Shown one piece after another: positions 16,754 through 25,182 of a DNA stretch of 28,139 nucleotides. Made by a program: the position numbers and the translations under genes. The DNA is from a virus. Its lineage: Duplodnaviria > Caudoviricetes. The notes under the pieces were generated by a model, which saw nothing but the letters and a program-made list of their open reading frames with translations, did no database searches and was not told the DNA's origin. Location: IMG/VR virus record IMGVR_UViG_3300021121_000025, positions 1 through 28,139 of that record; one strand, written 5' to 3'. Numbering within the stretch: position 1 is the first letter of the stretch; each line of letters begins with the position of its first letter.

Positions 16754-17092
16754 ATGTCAAGTACCACCATTTCACGCGGTAACATTCTTGAGCAATTTGT
16801 AATTGCGCCTAGCCTGACACCATCCGCACTAACCACATCTTCCACACAGTCTTTACAAACTTTCCCAATTGCGGGTTTGCAAGCATCTGACATTGTTACT
16901 TTTTTACAATATCAAGGTAACCAAACGTCTAACATTGCAATAACAAATTGTGACGTAGCAACTGCTGGGGTTTTAACTGTACAGTTCCAAAACACTTCAG
17001 GTGCAGCAACAGCAATTACACCGGCTTCAGGCGTTTACGACTTTAAAGTCCATCGTGTTGAAGGTTTGCCAATAGCTACTAACGCAGCTTAA
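16754..17092 (+). CDS. putative structural protein
   Basis: SD AAGGA; Thr/Ser-rich, 112 aa. Confidence 0.65.
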   Translation: MSSTTISRGNILEQFVIAPSLTPSALTTSSTQSLQTFPIAGLQASDIVTFLQYQGNQTSNIAITNCDVATAGVLTVQFQNTSGAATAITPASGVYDFKVHRVEGLPIATNAA

Positions 17093-17094
17093 TC

Positions 17095-17448
17095 ATGGCC
17101 AATACAAGCGTTTACCGCCCAATTGGGCCTACCTACGCGGTAGCGGTAACAACAACGGCCAGTAGTTCGCTAACCATTACCCCCGCCGGTAATGACCAAA
17201 CGAACTTTTGTGCGTTCTTGAATACTGGAAGTACACCGGTTGCTGTATCCATAGCGCCGCTTAACCCTAGTAGCGTGTCCGCAACTGCTGCGGTATTGCC
17301 TACTGCGGGTAATTCATCTGCTTCTTTTGTGCTTGGTATTAATATGTCCCAGCCCACAGTTATAAGTGTTCCCGCCAACGGGTTTAACTTAAGCGTGGTT
17401 GGTACGGCCAATACCATTTATGTAACACCGGTGGCAGATCAATCATGA
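17095..17448 (+). CDS. putative structural protein
   Basis: Thr/Ser/Ala-rich beta protein, 117 aa. Confidence 0.65.
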   Translation: MANTSVYRPIGPTYAVAVTTTASSSLTITPAGNDQTNFCAFLNTGSTPVAVSIAPLNPSSVSATAAVLPTAGNSSASFVLGINMSQPTVISVPANGFNLSVVGTANTIYVTPVADQS

Positions 17449-17804
17449 CCAACCAAGTTGCAAACACAAACACGCCAAACACCGTATTTTTAAGTACGTT
17501 TTCTGCACAGCCAGTTATTGCAAGTGGTTTCGGTACTAGCCCCACAATTAAGGGGGTTACGCCAAACTGCTTTGCGGTAACGGTTGGAACAGGTGGCGCA
17601 GCAAATGGCACCATTACACTACCGGCCGCCCCAAACGGTTGGATGTGTTTAGCTAATGACGTTACTAATGGTTCTGGTTTGTTCTTACAGCAAACCGCAA
17701 GCACTACAACGTCAGTAACTATGACGGGTTTTAGCATTACTTCTGGACTAGCGGCCAATATGTCTGCTGGTGATGTGATAGTTATGACTTGTATTCCCTA
17801 TTAA
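17445..17804 (+). CDS. putative structural/fibre-associated protein
   Basis: 119 aa; TITLPAAPNGW.C fibre-like segment. Confidence 0.6.
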   Translation: MTNQVANTNTPNTVFLSTFSAQPVIASGFGTSPTIKGVTPNCFAVTVGTGGAANGTITLPAAPNGWMCLANDVTNGSGLFLQQTASTTTSVTMTGFSITSGLAANMSAGDVIVMTCIPY

Positions 17805-20602
17805 TGAGTGCCCCTAACCTAACAACCGACCAAAACTTACTGCCAGTTCAGGCGTATTTTGACGTCAATGGAAACTTCCAAACGTTTATAGGTCAGGGGC
17901 AACCATTTTATGCAACGCTTAACCCGGCGCAATCTGGGTTAAACATAACCAACAGCACAATAAACAGTACAACTATTGGTCTTGTAACCCCATCTAGCGG
18001 GTTTTTTACCAATATTAGTACAACCACAGGCACTATTTCCACCACCCCGGCCAACCCCACAGACTTGGTTAACAAGAATTATGTGGATATGTTTGTTCAG
18101 GGGTACGCAATTAAGGCCGAATGCCAAGTTGCATCAACCGGCAACCTAACACTTAGCGGTTTACAAACCATAGACGGCTATACAACCCTTGTTGGTGACC
18201 GTGTTTTGGTAAAAAACCAAACAACGCAAGCCCAAAACGGTATTTATGTGGCCGCTTCAGGCGCTTGGGCACGCAGTAGCGATGCAAACACATGGAATAG
18301 CCTAATTTCAGCGTTTACATTCATACAAAACGGCAGCACACAGGCTAATTCAGGGTGGGTTTGCACCATTTCCACGGGTGGAACGCTTGGCACTACGCCG
18401 GTTACATGGTCGCAACTTGCAAGCGCAGCATCTTACTTTGCGGGTACTGGGTTAACTTTATCTTCATACACTTTTAGTATTACGCCAGTTGGAACTGCGG
18501 GAACTTACGGTTCTGCTTCTAGCGTGCCGGTATTTGTTACAAATGCTTCTGGTCAAGTGACATCTGTAACCAATACATCCATCAGTATTGCGCCTAGCCA
18601 AATTAACGCAACCATACCGAATTCAGGGCTTACCAATTCAAGCATAACGGTAAACGGTAGCGCTATTTCTTTAGGTGGTTCGGCCACCATAACAGCGGTA
18701 AACCCAAATGCTTTAACCATTGGCACAGGCCTTTCAGGGTCTAGTTACAACGGTTCTAGCGCGGTTACCATAGCCAACACAGGCGTTTTAAGCGTTTCTG
18801 GGGGTACTACTGGCCTTACCCCAAATACGGCCACCACAGGGGCTATAACGCTTGCTGGTACGCTTGTAGTGGGTAACGGTGGAACAGGTGCTACAACGCT
18901 TACAGGGTATGTTTACGGTAACGGTACAAGTGCGTTTACGGCTTCTACCACTATACCCAACACAGCAATTACTGGGCTTGGCACGATGTCAACCCAAAAC
19001 GCTAATTCGGTGGCCATAACTGGGGGTACGATAAACGGTACTTCTATTGGCGCTTCAACCCGTGCAAGTGGTGACTTTACAACCTTAAGCGCAAACACGG
19101 TTACTAGCACAACGCCGGTACTTAGTTTTAATGCTTCAAATACCATAGCATCGTTTGGGTCAACAACTGCTAATTCATACAATCAACTGGTTATTCAGAA
19201 CTTAAGCGGTACTAGCGGGTCTTCTACTAATTACGTTATTTCTAATGACTTAGGCACAGATTCCACATATTACGGTGAATTCGGTATGAATTCATCTGTA
19301 TATACAGGTGCTGGTGTTCCCGCAGATTTCTTTAGCATTAATAACGGCATTTACTTTTCAGCGCATGACGGTGATGTAACCGTAGGTTCAGGCAATGGTA
19401 AAAAACTGTACTTTGCATGGGGAACAACTGGGCAGTCTGCGCACGTTATTAATTCTTCTGGCGCTATTGGTTTAAATACAAATTTGGCAGCCGGTACAGG
19501 TTCAGGCACTACAAACTTCGGTACTGCTGGGCAACCTTTGTTGTCAGGCGGTTCTAGTGCTACACCTACATGGGGTGTTTTAGGGCTTTCAGGCGGTGGA
19601 ACTAACGCTAATTTAACGGCAGTAGCTGGGGGTATTGTTTATTCTACGGCCACGGCATTTGCAATAAGCGCAGCCGGTACAAGTGGGCAGTTCTTGCAAA
19701 GTAACGGTACAGGCGCCCCAACATGGGCAACACCGGTTAGTTATGCTGCGGTGACTGATGACACAACCACTAATGCCACACGCTACCCGTTATTTGCTAA
19801 CCAAACTAGCGGAAACCTAGCCACAGAATACACAAGCAGCACCAAACTTCAGTACAACCCAAGTACGGGAGTGCTCACTTCCACATCGTTTACAGGTGCT
19901 GGAACAGGGCTAACGGGTACGGCCAGTTCATTATCCATTGGTGGAAACGCAGCCACAGCCACAAGCGCTACTACGGCAACTAACCTTGCTGGGGGCGCTA
20001 ACGGTTCAGTACCTTACCAAACTGCTTCAGGCACTACAACGTTTTTGGCGGCCGGAACCAATGGTTATATTCTTACTTTGGCTAGTGGCGTGCCTACTTG
20101 GGCAGCAGCACCGGCAACGGGTATAACCATTACGGACAACACAAGTTCATCTAGCACCTATTACCCAACGCTTACAACGGCCACTACGGGTACGATTACT
20201 GGCGAAACCACAAGCAGTACGAAATTAAGTTATGTTCCAAATACAGGAATATTAAGTTCATCTGCTTTTGTTGCTACGGCAGGGTTTTATTCGTCTAGTT
20301 CTTACACAGGGTCATACGCTGATGGAATAGTCGTTGATTATTCAACTGGAATTGGGCGTATTTCAGCAGGAACAAACGACAGTATTGGGTTTTATAACGG
20401 TGGCGTAGCGAATACTCAAATTGCAAAGATAGATACTTCAGGAAATATGCAAATTACTGGGGGAATTTATGTTAACAGCAAGACAATAGCAACAAGTTAC
20501 ACAATTCCATCGGGGTCTGCTGGTAGTTCGGTTGGGCCAGTAACTCTGAGCAATGGCGTTACGATAACCGTTTCATCTGGCAGTCGTTGGGTTGTTCTTT
20601 AA
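17804..20602 (+). CDS. long fibre protein
   Basis: Start ATG at 17804 by TAATG coupling; G/T/S-rich; GDRVLVKNQT...NGIY domain, GGTG repeats, duplicated TDxT..YP..SSTKL.Y.P.TG.L module; ends RWVVL. Confidence 0.85.
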   Translation: MSAPNLTTDQNLLPVQAYFDVNGNFQTFIGQGQPFYATLNPAQSGLNITNSTINSTTIGLVTPSSGFFTNISTTTGTISTTPANPTDLVNKNYVDMFVQGYAIKAECQVASTGNLTLSGLQTIDGYTTLVGDRVLVKNQTTQAQNGIYVAASGAWARSSDANTWNSLISAFTFIQNGSTQANSGWVCTISTGGTLGTTPVTWSQLASAASYFAGTGLTLSSYTFSITPVGTAGTYGSASSVPVFVTNASGQVTSVTNTSISIAPSQINATIPNSGLTNSSITVNGSAISLGGSATITAVNPNALTIGTGLSGSSYNGSSAVTIANTGVLSVSGGTTGLTPNTATTGAITLAGTLVVGNGGTGATTLTGYVYGNGTSAFTASTTIPNTAITGLGTMSTQNANSVAITGGTINGTSIGASTRASGDFTTLSANTVTSTTPVLSFNASNTIASFGSTTANSYNQLVIQNLSGTSGSSTNYVISNDLGTDSTYYGEFGMNSSVYTGAGVPADFFSINNGIYFSAHDGDVTVGSGNGKKLYFAWGTTGQSAHVINSSGAIGLNTNLAAGTGSGTTNFGTAGQPLLSGGSSATPTWGVLGLSGGGTNANLTAVAGGIVYSTATAFAISAAGTSGQFLQSNGTGAPTWATPVSYAAVTDDTTTNATRYPLFANQTSGNLATEYTSSTKLQYNPSTGVLTSTSFTGAGTGLTGTASSLSIGGNAATATSATTATNLAGGANGSVPYQTASGTTTFLAAGTNGYILTLASGVPTWAAAPATGITITDNTSSSSTYYPTLTTATTGTITGETTSSTKLSYVPNTGILSSSAFVATAGFYSSSSYTGSYADGIVVDYSTGIGRISAGTNDSIGFYNGGVANTQIAKIDTSGNMQITGGIYVNSKTIATSYTIPSGSAGSSVGPVTLSNGVTITVSSGSRWVVL

Positions 20603-20611
20603 AGGAAATAT

Positions 20612-21046
20612 ATGGGACTTTTAGTTTTTCAACAGACTAGTGGGGGCGTAATTAACGTAGTCGGAACAAACACTTCCGCTACTTATACTTGGACTTTACC
20701 CGCTGCGACTGACACATTTGTTGGCTTGGCTACAACCCAAACGCTAAGTAACAAGACTTTTACCGCGCCCGTGGTAAATAGTTGGACAACATCGACTAGA
20801 CCCACTCCGGTGACGGGACTTTACGGGTTTAATACGACAACTGCGACATTTGAAGGCTATAACGGCTCTGGATGGGGCGGTTTAGGTGGCGCACAAGCTG
20901 GTGGCGCTATTCAAATAAATAACAATTCTATAACGGCTAGTTATACAATAGCGACTGGGCAAAACGGCTTTTCTGTCGGCCCAATAACTATTGCGTCAGG
21001 CTATACAGTCACAGTTTCTAATGGACAAAGGTGGGTGGTTTTATGA
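20612..21046 (+). CDS. short fibre module protein
   Basis: TLPAATDT.V....TQTLSNKT segment; C-terminal domain paralogous to that of the long fibre (ends RWVVL). Confidence 0.75.
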   Translation: MGLLVFQQTSGGVINVVGTNTSATYTWTLPAATDTFVGLATTQTLSNKTFTAPVVNSWTTSTRPTPVTGLYGFNTTTATFEGYNGSGWGGLGGAQAGGAIQINNNSITASYTIATGQNGFSVGPITIASGYTVTVSNGQRWVVL

Positions 21047-21288
21047 GTACAAATCTTACGGCTGGTACTGCAACATCTGGGGCTAGTTTAAGTAGCGATA
21101 CCTCTGGGTCTCTTGTATTGGTTTCTGGCAGTACATCACAATATTCTGCTACTGTTCCACAAATTACAGGAAACGTTTTAGTTGAAACTGCGGTTTCTAG
21201 TTCTTCAACAAATACGGTTACAAATAAGATTGCTGTCAGTATTGGTGGCACAACTTATTATTTGTTAGCTTCAACATCAGGAACTTAA
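21043..21288 (+). CDS. small fibre-associated protein
   Basis: ATGA-coupled start at 21043; Ser/Thr-rich; ends KIAVSIGGTTYYLL. Confidence 0.65.
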   Translation: MSTNLTAGTATSGASLSSDTSGSLVLVSGSTSQYSATVPQITGNVLVETAVSSSSTNTVTNKIAVSIGGTTYYLLASTSGT

Positions 21289-21289
21289 C

Positions 21290-21835
21290 ATGGCATACGG
21301 AAACCTTAACGTAGACACCATCACAGGAAGTGGTGCAAGTAGTGTCATAGTAAACAACGGAAGCGCAAACGTTGCTGGGTTTACTACTGGTAACAACTTA
21401 CAAATGCTACAAAATGGTGGTGGCATAGTATTTAGTAATTCCTCTGCGACTACTAACTCAACCCTTAATGACTATGAGACAGGGACTTTTACGCCTACTA
21501 TTACTGCAAACTCTGGCTCAATAACTACTTACACATCATCTGGAATTTATACAAAAATTGGAAATGTTGTGTTTTTTAGCTTAGTGGTTACAGTTTCATC
21601 AGTAGGTAGTGCTAGTAGTGCTCTACTTTTTTCATTACCATTTACTTCTTCTGGTAATGTTCAAGCAACTTATGGAAGGGAATATAACAACTCAGGTTAT
21701 GGTTTACAAGGAATAGTTAATAGTGGACAAGCTAATGGTTATGTTTATAGTAGTACATCTAACAATGGAAACGCTTTTTCAGGTGGTAGCGGAATGGTAG
21801 CAACTATTAGCGGTTATTATCGGGCAAACTTTTAA
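21290..21835 (+). CDS. fibre tip / receptor-binding-like protein
   Basis: LNDYETGTFTPT ... G.YTKIGNVV ... SLPFTS pattern. Confidence 0.7.
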   Translation: MAYGNLNVDTITGSGASSVIVNNGSANVAGFTTGNNLQMLQNGGGIVFSNSSATTNSTLNDYETGTFTPTITANSGSITTYTSSGIYTKIGNVVFFSLVVTVSSVGSASSALLFSLPFTSSGNVQATYGREYNNSGYGLQGIVNSGQANGYVYSSTSNNGNAFSGGSGMVATISGYYRANF

Positions 21836-21844
21836 GGAATTAAC

Positions 21845-21880
21845 ATGACACTAGCATCAACAACAGGGAAATTGGTTTAA
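21845..21880 (+). pseudogene. 5' remnant of the interrupted gene (mini-ORF MTLASTTGKLV)
   Basis: Same SD context and first 7 aa as the gene at 22539; its stop overlaps the HNH ATG. Confidence 0.75.
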
Positions 21881-22542
21881 TGAATCAACATTACATCAAT
21901 CGGTACAATAAATTCATAAATAGCTTAAAAGGTCAAATTGTTGATGGCTATTATGAAATGCACCATATTGTCCCAAGATGTATGGGCGGTAAAGATGATG
22001 ACTCAAATTTAATTGCTTTAACAGCTAGACAGCATTTTATTGCTCATTGGATATTGGCAAGAGCTTATGGCGGTAAATTAGGCAATGCTTTTTGGTTGAT
22101 GACAACATATAGGATAAATGGCAAAAGATATAGTGATATTGTTTGTAGTCACGTTTATGCTGAAGCAAGAAGAATTCATGTTGAATACATGAAAAATAGA
22201 ACAATATCCAATGAAACAAGGAAAAAATATTCTTTAAAAGCAACTGGCAGAAAAAAAACTCCAGAGCAATCAGCTAAAACTGCTGATAAATTAAGGGGAA
22301 GAAAAAGACCAGAAGAAGTTGTTAAAAAAATTCAGGAAACAAAAAATAAACTTCCCTTTGTTCCAAAAAAATGGGTTAACAACGGAATAGAAAAAACAAG
22401 AATTCGATTGCAAGATGTTGCTGAATATTTAAAAAAAGGTTATATGTTGGGTATGGGAGAAGTATCTGACGAAACCAAGCAAAAACTCAGGGAATCAACA
22501 ACCAGAGTTTGGAAAGAACGTAAACAAAAGGAGTTAACATGA
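21880..22542 (+). mobile_element. free-standing HNH homing endonuclease with NUMOD3-like repeats
   Basis: HHIVPRCMGG.D..SNLI.LT.RQHF.AH.IL; basic repeats (SNETRKK.S..ATGRKKTPEQ, GRKRPEEV, SDETKQKL); AT-rich. Confidence 0.9.
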
Positions 22543-22796
22543 CATTAGCCAGTACAACCACAATCGACAAAGTAGAAACCTTGCAAGACGGTACGCTACA
22601 AATTCGCCAAGCAGAAATCATCACCAAAGACGGTGTAGAGATTGCCCGTAACTTCACAAGATGGGTACGCCACCCTGGTGACACAGGCGCACACACAGAC
22701 CCTAGCCCAGTACCCGCTATTGCAACAGCAGTCTGGACAACAGAAGTAGTGTCTGATTACGAAGCAATGGTAGCAAGCCAAGCTAGAGGGGTTTAA
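22539..22796 (+). CDS. putative fibre chaperone/accessory protein
   Basis: SD AAGGAG; LQIR....I.KDGVEI.R.F.RWV..PG ... AVWT.EV pattern; would directly follow the fibre-tip gene if the HNH were absent. Confidence 0.7.
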   Translation: MTLASTTTIDKVETLQDGTLQIRQAEIITKDGVEIARNFTRWVRHPGDTGAHTDPSPVPAIATAVWTTEVVSDYEAMVASQARGV

Positions 22797-22797
22797 T

Positions 22798-23283
22798 ATG
22801 TCCATCATTCTTGACGGAACTAATGGCATTACAAGCGTAAATGGCGCAGCTTCTTTAACCGCTGCTGGGCCTGCGTTTAGTGCAACAAATTCAGTAGCAC
22901 AAAGTGTATCTGCAACAACAAACACAAAAGTTACTTTAAACATTAAAAATTTTGATACTAATTCAAATTTTGACGCAACTACAAATTATAGGTTTACACC
23001 TACCATTGCAGGGTATTACCAAATTAATGCCCAAGCAACTTTAACCGTAAACACAAATAATGTAGGTATTCAAATATCAATCTATAAAAATGGTTCTGGT
23101 TATGCCCAAGGTGTTTCACAAGGTGATGGGGCTATTTATCCTACAACCACAGTATCATCTGTAATTTATTTAAATGGCTCAACAGATTATGTTGAAATGT
23201 ATGTTTATATAAGCACTTCAGGAAATATTGGGTACGGAAATCAAAGTACACAATTTTCTGGTTGTTTAATAAGGTCAGCTTAA
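22798..23283 (+). CDS. C1q-like domain fibre protein
   Basis: PAFSA ... TKV.....FDTNSNFD..TNYRFTPTIAGYYQIN ... YLNGSTDYVE ... FSGCL. Confidence 0.7.
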   Translation: MSIILDGTNGITSVNGAASLTAAGPAFSATNSVAQSVSATTNTKVTLNIKNFDTNSNFDATTNYRFTPTIAGYYQINAQATLTVNTNNVGIQISIYKNGSGYAQGVSQGDGAIYPTTTVSSVIYLNGSTDYVEMYVYISTSGNIGYGNQSTQFSGCLIRSA

Positions 23284-23459
23284 TGAATATAACTACATTA
23301 CTTAGAAACAAACAAGTTCAATGGGCTTTGGTTGTTGCAATTCTTTCCGTATTGCAAGGTTTTGTAATGGAATTTCCACTAACCCCAATACACCAAATGA
23401 TTGTTGGGGTAACTATTTCTGTTATTGTGGTATTACTTAAATTCTTAGAAGGTGTTTAA
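23283..23459 (+). CDS. 2-TM membrane protein (holin/antiholin-like), copy 1
   Basis: ATG at 23283 by TAATG coupling; two hydrophobic helices; paralog at 23518. Confidence 0.7.
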   Translation: MNITTLLRNKQVQWALVVAILSVLQGFVMEFPLTPIHQMIVGVTISVIVVLLKFLEGV

Positions 23460-23521
23460 TGTTTAAATGGCAAATACTGGAACTAAGCGCAGAGGGTGAA
23501 TTAATCACTACTGGTAAATGA
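23459..23521 (+). pseudogene. truncated gene start (MFKWQILELSAEGELITTGK), possible deletion scar
   Basis: Has an SD-like AAGGTG and a TAATG-coupled start but stops after 20 aa. Confidence 0.5.
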
Positions 23522-23703
23522 ACCAACTAACCACACTCTTAAAAGACAAGCACGTTCTTTGGGCGCTGTTTATTGCGGTGCTGTCCGTGATGCAGGGCTT
23601 TCTGTTTGTCTTTCCGCTGACCCCAATTCACCAGATGTTTGTGGGCATTATAATTTCCGTGGTCGTGGTATTACTGAGGATTATAGAAACTCCAAGTTCA
23701 TAA
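23518..23703 (+). CDS. 2-TM membrane protein (holin/antiholin-like), copy 2
   Basis: Paralog of 23283-23459 (TTLL..K.V.WAL..A.LSV.QGF...FPLTPIHQM.VG..ISV.VVLL). Confidence 0.7.
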   Translation: MNQLTTLLKDKHVLWALFIAVLSVMQGFLFVFPLTPIHQMFVGIIISVVVVLLRIIETPSS

Positions 23704-23742
23704 TATAATTGTTTTGGCAATTTTGCCGTAATTTAGGAAATA

Positions 23743-23964
23743 GTGATGCTAACACCTGACCAAATCTTTAAAGATCAACCAATTACTGTACCTGCAAGCA
23801 TGGTTCATGCTATTTGGACTTATATTAGTTCTAAGCCAAGTGCTGAAACTGCATGGTTAGTCGTTCCATTTCAACAAATGGTAGGACAACAAATGAAAGT
23901 ATTGGAAGATGCCGCTAACGCATCAGCACCTGCTGAGACAACAGAAGCCCCAACGGTGCAGTAA
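23743..23964 (+). CDS. hypothetical protein
   Basis: SD AGGA; about 73 aa. Confidence 0.65.
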   Translation: MMLTPDQIFKDQPITVPASMVHAIWTYISSKPSAETAWLVVPFQQMVGQQMKVLEDAANASAPAETTEAPTVQ

Positions 23965-24152
23965 TGGCAACCCTCGCAGATGTTAGCAACAAAATAGACA
24001 CGCACGTTGACGTTTGCGAGGTTCGTTATCAATCCATAGCCGAACAAACCAGGAGCGTAAATGCCAGGTTAAAACGCCTTGAAAGCATACTTATTGGGGG
24101 CGGTGGCGCAATTATTTTGCTTTTGCTTGAGTTAGTATTAAACAAGCATTAG
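23964..24152 (+). CDS. XhlA-like coiled-coil plus C-terminal TM protein
   Basis: IDTHVDVCEVRY..I ... ARLKRLE.ILIG followed by a hydrophobic tail. Confidence 0.7.
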   Translation: MATLADVSNKIDTHVDVCEVRYQSIAEQTRSVNARLKRLESILIGGGGAIILLLLELVLNKH

Positions 24153-24161
24153 GAGAGCATC

Positions 24162-24805
24162 ATCGACCCTTTTACCCTTGCAATGATGGCAATTGGCGCA
24201 GTTAAATCTGGCGTTGCAATGTACAAGGAAGCCAAATCAGTTGGTAAAGAAGCTATTGGGGTTATTACTGAGATTTCTGAAGGTCTTGGTTCTTTTTTTG
24301 AACACCAAGAAAAAGCGATTGAATATGCTAAAGAAGCTGAAAAAAACCCGCCTAAAGGCAAAAGTCTTCAAGCCATTGCACTCGATAACGTCCTCAGAAG
24401 AAAAAAACTTGAACAAGCCGAAGCAGATTTGCGCACTATGCTTACCTGGGAAGCCCCGCCAGAACTTGGAGCATTGTGGACTGACTTCCAAGCTGAACGA
24501 GCCAAGTTAATGGCGGACAAGGATAAGTTTGACAAGGCGCAAAAAAAAAGGATGAACGAGAAAAGATACAACTTAAAGCTGATAGAGAAAAATTCCATTT
24601 TAAACTTGCAGTTTGCATTGCAGTCTTGGTTTTTGCCCTTACCTGCATCGGACTAATGTATTACATCCGAATGGATTATTTGGAAAGTTTGAAGGGTGAC
24701 AGAGGACACATTGAATTTAAAAAGAAATTTCACGATAATTCGGTCGAAATGGAATGTCTAAAGATTTTTCAAGAAACAGGATATTTGCCTAAATATTGCC
24801 CATGA
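24162..24805 (+). CDS. lysis-region protein with probable AUC start and -1 frameshift at the A9 run (0-frame product ends at 24656)
   Basis: SD AGGAG at 24151-24155 followed by in-frame ATC GAC CCT; the -1 frame after 24541-24549 is open to 24805 and encodes a TM helix. Confidence 0.6.
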
Positions 24806-25182
24806 AACACAACGAACATTGGTTTTTTAAATCTTGGAGACCTTACTTAGCTTGGCAGTATGGGTTTATTTGTCTTTGTGATTTTGTACTTTTGCCCTGC
24901 CTTTACTTTTGGGTTCAGCAGTTTGAAACTCAGGCGGTTAATGATGCGTACAGGGAATGGAAACCTTTAACAACCCAAAACGGCGGTTTGTTTCACATGG
25001 CGCACATGGCTATCGTAGGCGTTTCAGCTTATGGACGTAGCCAAGAAAAAATCGGAATGATGCCAAGCGGTATGCCACAAGGCAGAATGACCGAAACTAT
25101 TACTGAAACCGAAACTATCAAAACTCCCTTGCGTTCCTCAATGGGTGATGGAGCAAGAGCAAAGCCCCCACAGGATGACTAA
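24802..25182 (+). CDS. holin (GTA 3TM-holin-like)
   Basis: WRP.LAWQY..IC.CDF...P ... W.PLT.Q.GGLFH.A..AI.GVSAYGR.QEK; ATGA-coupled start at 24802. Confidence 0.75.
   Translation: MKHNEHWFFKSWRPYLAWQYGFICLCDFVLLPCLYFWVQQFETQAVNDAYREWKPLTTQNGGLFHMAHMAIVGVSAYGRSQEKIGMMPSGMPQGRMTETITETETIKTPLRSSMGDGARAKPPQDD

Noticed and set aside
20430-21046. Duplicated fibre C-termini as a DGR template/variable repeat pair
   Set aside because: No reverse transcriptase; the differences are not adenine-specific and both copies are coding.
21860-23530. Both mini-ORFs contain TTGK near their ends and precede genes starting MNQ
   Set aside because: Nucleotide identity is low and short; probably coincidence.
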